DNA of 31,037 nucleotides from Burkholderiales bacterium (GTDB lineage Bacteria; Pseudomonadota; Gammaproteobacteria; Burkholderiales; SG8-39): NCBI GenBank assembly GCA_036259215.1, contig DATACE010000235.1, positions 1 to 31,037 of the forward strand, read 5' to 3'. Shown piece by piece: positions 29,206 to 31,037 of this stretch (position 1 is its first letter; each line of letters starts with the position of its first letter). The notes under the pieces were generated by a model. It saw only the letters and a program-made list of their open reading frames with translations, ran no database searches and was not told where the DNA came from. The position numbers and the translations under genes were made by a program.

Positions 29206-29796
29206 ATGGCCGTTTCGCTTTCCCGGGTGAGCCGCGAAGCCCGCGCCTGCGAGCTCTGCAGGGAGCACCTTCCCAACCCGCCGAGGCCGGTGTTTCTCGT
29301 GGGCGCGTCGGCCCGGCTGCTGATCGTCGGGCAGGCGCCCGGACGCCGGGTGCACGAGACCGGCATCCCGTGGAACGATCCCTCGGGCGAGGTGTTGCGC
29401 GAATGGCTCGCGCTCGACCGGCAGCAGTTCTACGACACGTCGCGCATCGCCATCGTGCCCGTCGGGCTGTGCTATCCCGGCACGGTGAATGGCGCCGACC
29501 TGCCGCCCTGCCGCGAATGCGCCCCGGCGTGGCAGCCGCGCTTTCGCGCCGCACTGGCGCATATCCGCCTCACGCTCCTCGTCGGGGGCTACGCACAGGC
29601 CTACTACCTGAAGGGCCGGCGCAAGGCGAGACTCAGTGAAACGGTGCGGGCGTACCGCGAGTACCTGCCCGAGTTCATGCCGCTGCCGCACCCGAGCTGG
29701 CGCAACAAGCTCTGGCTCAAGAAAAACCCGTGGTTCGCAGAAGACGTCATTCCGGCGCTGCGCCGGCGCATCAAGGCGAGCATCCGGACGGTATAA
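29206..29796 (+). CDS. Uracil-DNA glycosylase superfamily protein
   Basis: C..C N-terminal Cys pair, LLIVGQAPGRRVHETG.PWND.SG..LR.WL, CYPG, C..C, PLPHPSWRN. Confidence 0.88.
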   Translation: MAVSLSRVSREARACELCREHLPNPPRPVFLVGASARLLIVGQAPGRRVHETGIPWNDPSGEVLREWLALDRQQFYDTSRIAIVPVGLCYPGTVNGADLPPCRECAPAWQPRFRAALAHIRLTLLVGGYAQAYYLKGRRKARLSETVRAYREYLPEFMPLPHPSWRNKLWLKKNPWFAEDVIPALRRRIKASIRTV

Positions 29797-29797
29797 T
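29792..29797 (+). promoter_or_regulatory. Putative -10 (TATAAT) for the GST gene, overlapping the UDG stop
   Basis: Perfect TATAAT 11 nt before the ATG at 29809; no SD. Confidence 0.55.
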
Positions 29798-29808
29798 CCG
29801 CGCCCTCC

Positions 29809-30417
29809 ATGAAGCTTCTTGGCTCGCCCCTAAGCCCCTACACGCGAAAAGTGCGCGTGGTGCTCGCCGAAAAGCGCATCGAGTGCGAGCTCGAGATGGT
29901 GGATGTCGCGCCGCTCGACAACGCGGTCAACCGCCACAACCCGCTGGGCAAGATCCCCACGCTGGTGCTGGACGACGGCACGGCGCTGTACGACTCGCGC
30001 GTCATCGTGGAATTCCTCGACAACGTCTCGCCGTTCAGCCGCCTCATTCCCGACGATAACCGCGACCGCGTCCAGGTGCGCCGCTGGGAAGCGCTCGCCG
30101 ACGGCGTGCTCGACGCCGGCCTGCTGGTGCGCTACGAGTCCCTGCGCGACAAAGGCGAGCAAAGCGCGGCGTGGACCGGCAAGCAGCTCGCCCGCATGCA
30201 TCGCGGCATGGCGCAGATGGCGAAGGAGCTGAACGGCCGCCCTTGGTGCCACGGCGACCGCTATTCGTTGGCCGACATCGCGCTAGGCTGCTGCCTGGGC
30301 TGGCTGGGCTTCAGGAAACCCGGCGGCCTGGACTGGCATGGCGAGTATGCCAGTCTGGCAAAGCACTACGCCAAGCTCCTCGAGCGCCCGGCTTTCGCGG
30401 ACAGCGTTCCTAAGTAA
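29809..30417 (+). CDS. Glutathione S-transferase family protein
   Basis: [38 protein letters not shown]. Confidence 0.92.
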   Translation: MKLLGSPLSPYTRKVRVVLAEKRIECELEMVDVAPLDNAVNRHNPLGKIPTLVLDDGTALYDSRVIVEFLDNVSPFSRLIPDDNRDRVQVRRWEALADGVLDAGLLVRYESLRDKGEQSAAWTGKQLARMHRGMAQMAKELNGRPWCHGDRYSLADIALGCCLGWLGFRKPGGLDWHGEYASLAKHYAKLLERPAFADSVPK

Positions 30418-31036
30418 TCACGCCGCCGCCGAGGCAGGTGTCGCCCTCGTAGAGCACCACCGATTGCCCCGGCGTGACGGCCCATTGGGGAGTTTGGAAG
30501 TCCACGCGCATCTCGGCGTCGAGCACGCGCGACAGCGTGCACGGCGCGTCCGCCTGCCGGTAGCGCGTCTTCGCCGCGAAGCGCGCTTCGTGTGGCGGCC
30601 GGCCGGCAACCCAGCTGGCCTCCTGCGCTGCCAGGCTGGTCTTCATCAGCAGCGGATGGTCGTGGCCCTGCACGACGATGAGCTCGTTCGCGTCCATGCG
30701 TTTTTCCGCGACATACCACGGCTCCCCGGCGCCGCCGATGCCGATGCCCTTGCGCTGGCCGATGGTGTAGAAGGCGAGGCCGATGTGCTCCCCGACGATT
30801 TTTCCCTCGGGAGTCTTGATGTCGCCCGGCTGCCGCGGGAGGTACCGGTTCAGGAATTCGCGGAACGGCCGCTCGCCGATGAAGCAGATGCCGGTCGAGT
30901 CCTTTTTCGCGTGATTGGGCAAGCCGGCCTCCCTGGCAAGCCGCCGCACCTCGCTTTTCTCCATGCCGCCCAGCGGAAACATCACGCGCGCCAGCTGCAA
31001 CTGCGTCAGGCGGTGCAGGAAGTAGCTCTGGTCCTT
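30410..31036 (-). CDS. mnmA: tRNA 2-thiouridine(34) synthase, 5'-truncated by window edge
   Basis: KDQSYFL, FPLG...KSEVR..A...GL....[36 protein letters not shown]....CLGGG. Confidence 0.97.
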   Translation of the reverse strand, partial: KDQSYFLHRLTQLQLARVMFPLGGMEKSEVRRLAREAGLPNHAKKDSTGICFIGERPFREFLNRYLPRQPGDIKTPEGKIVGEHIGLAFYTIGQRKGIGIGGAGEPWYVAEKRMDANELIVVQGHDHPLLMKTSLAAQEASWVAGRPPHEARFAAKTRYRQADAPCTLSRVLDAEMRVDFQTPQWAVTPGQSVVLYEGDTCLGGGVIT

Positions 31037-31037
31037 G

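Overview
High-GC betaproteobacterial (Burkholderiales/Nitrosomonadales/Rhodocyclales-like) chromosomal window; the taxonomy is inferred from gene order and protein style. Most of it is core housekeeping synteny: dnaE; purM/hda/HAD-IB/pcnB/folK/DUF486/dNK/panC; tRNA-Leu(CAA)/queA/tgt/yajC/secD/secF; and a spermidine-synthase-like gene, purB, a UDG-like gene, GST and partial mnmA. The standout accessory block (14374-20344) lies between panC and the 3' end of tRNA-Leu. It is a Xanthomonas-type DSF (diffusible signal factor) cell-cell signalling locus: rpfF convergent with rpfG-rpfC. It lacks rpfB and rpfH. It instead carries an alpha/beta hydrolase apparently co-transcribed with rpfC, an extra degenerate receiver domain inside RpfC, a divergent 78-aa orphan, and a structured rpfF leader. 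The left end has a TssQ-like lipoprotein plus a tail-anchored Ser/Thr kinase, a back-to-back junction of two gene remnants (one a frameshifted NuoB/HyfI-like small subunit), a pilin-like protein with no prepilin leader, and an FAD-oxidoreductase homolog missing its P-loop. Many housekeeping genes have a -10 hexamer only 8-11 nt before the start codon and no SD, which suggests (near-)leaderless mRNAs. No CRISPR, integrase, transposase or rRNA was seen. All family assignments come from motif recognition by eye; no database search was run.
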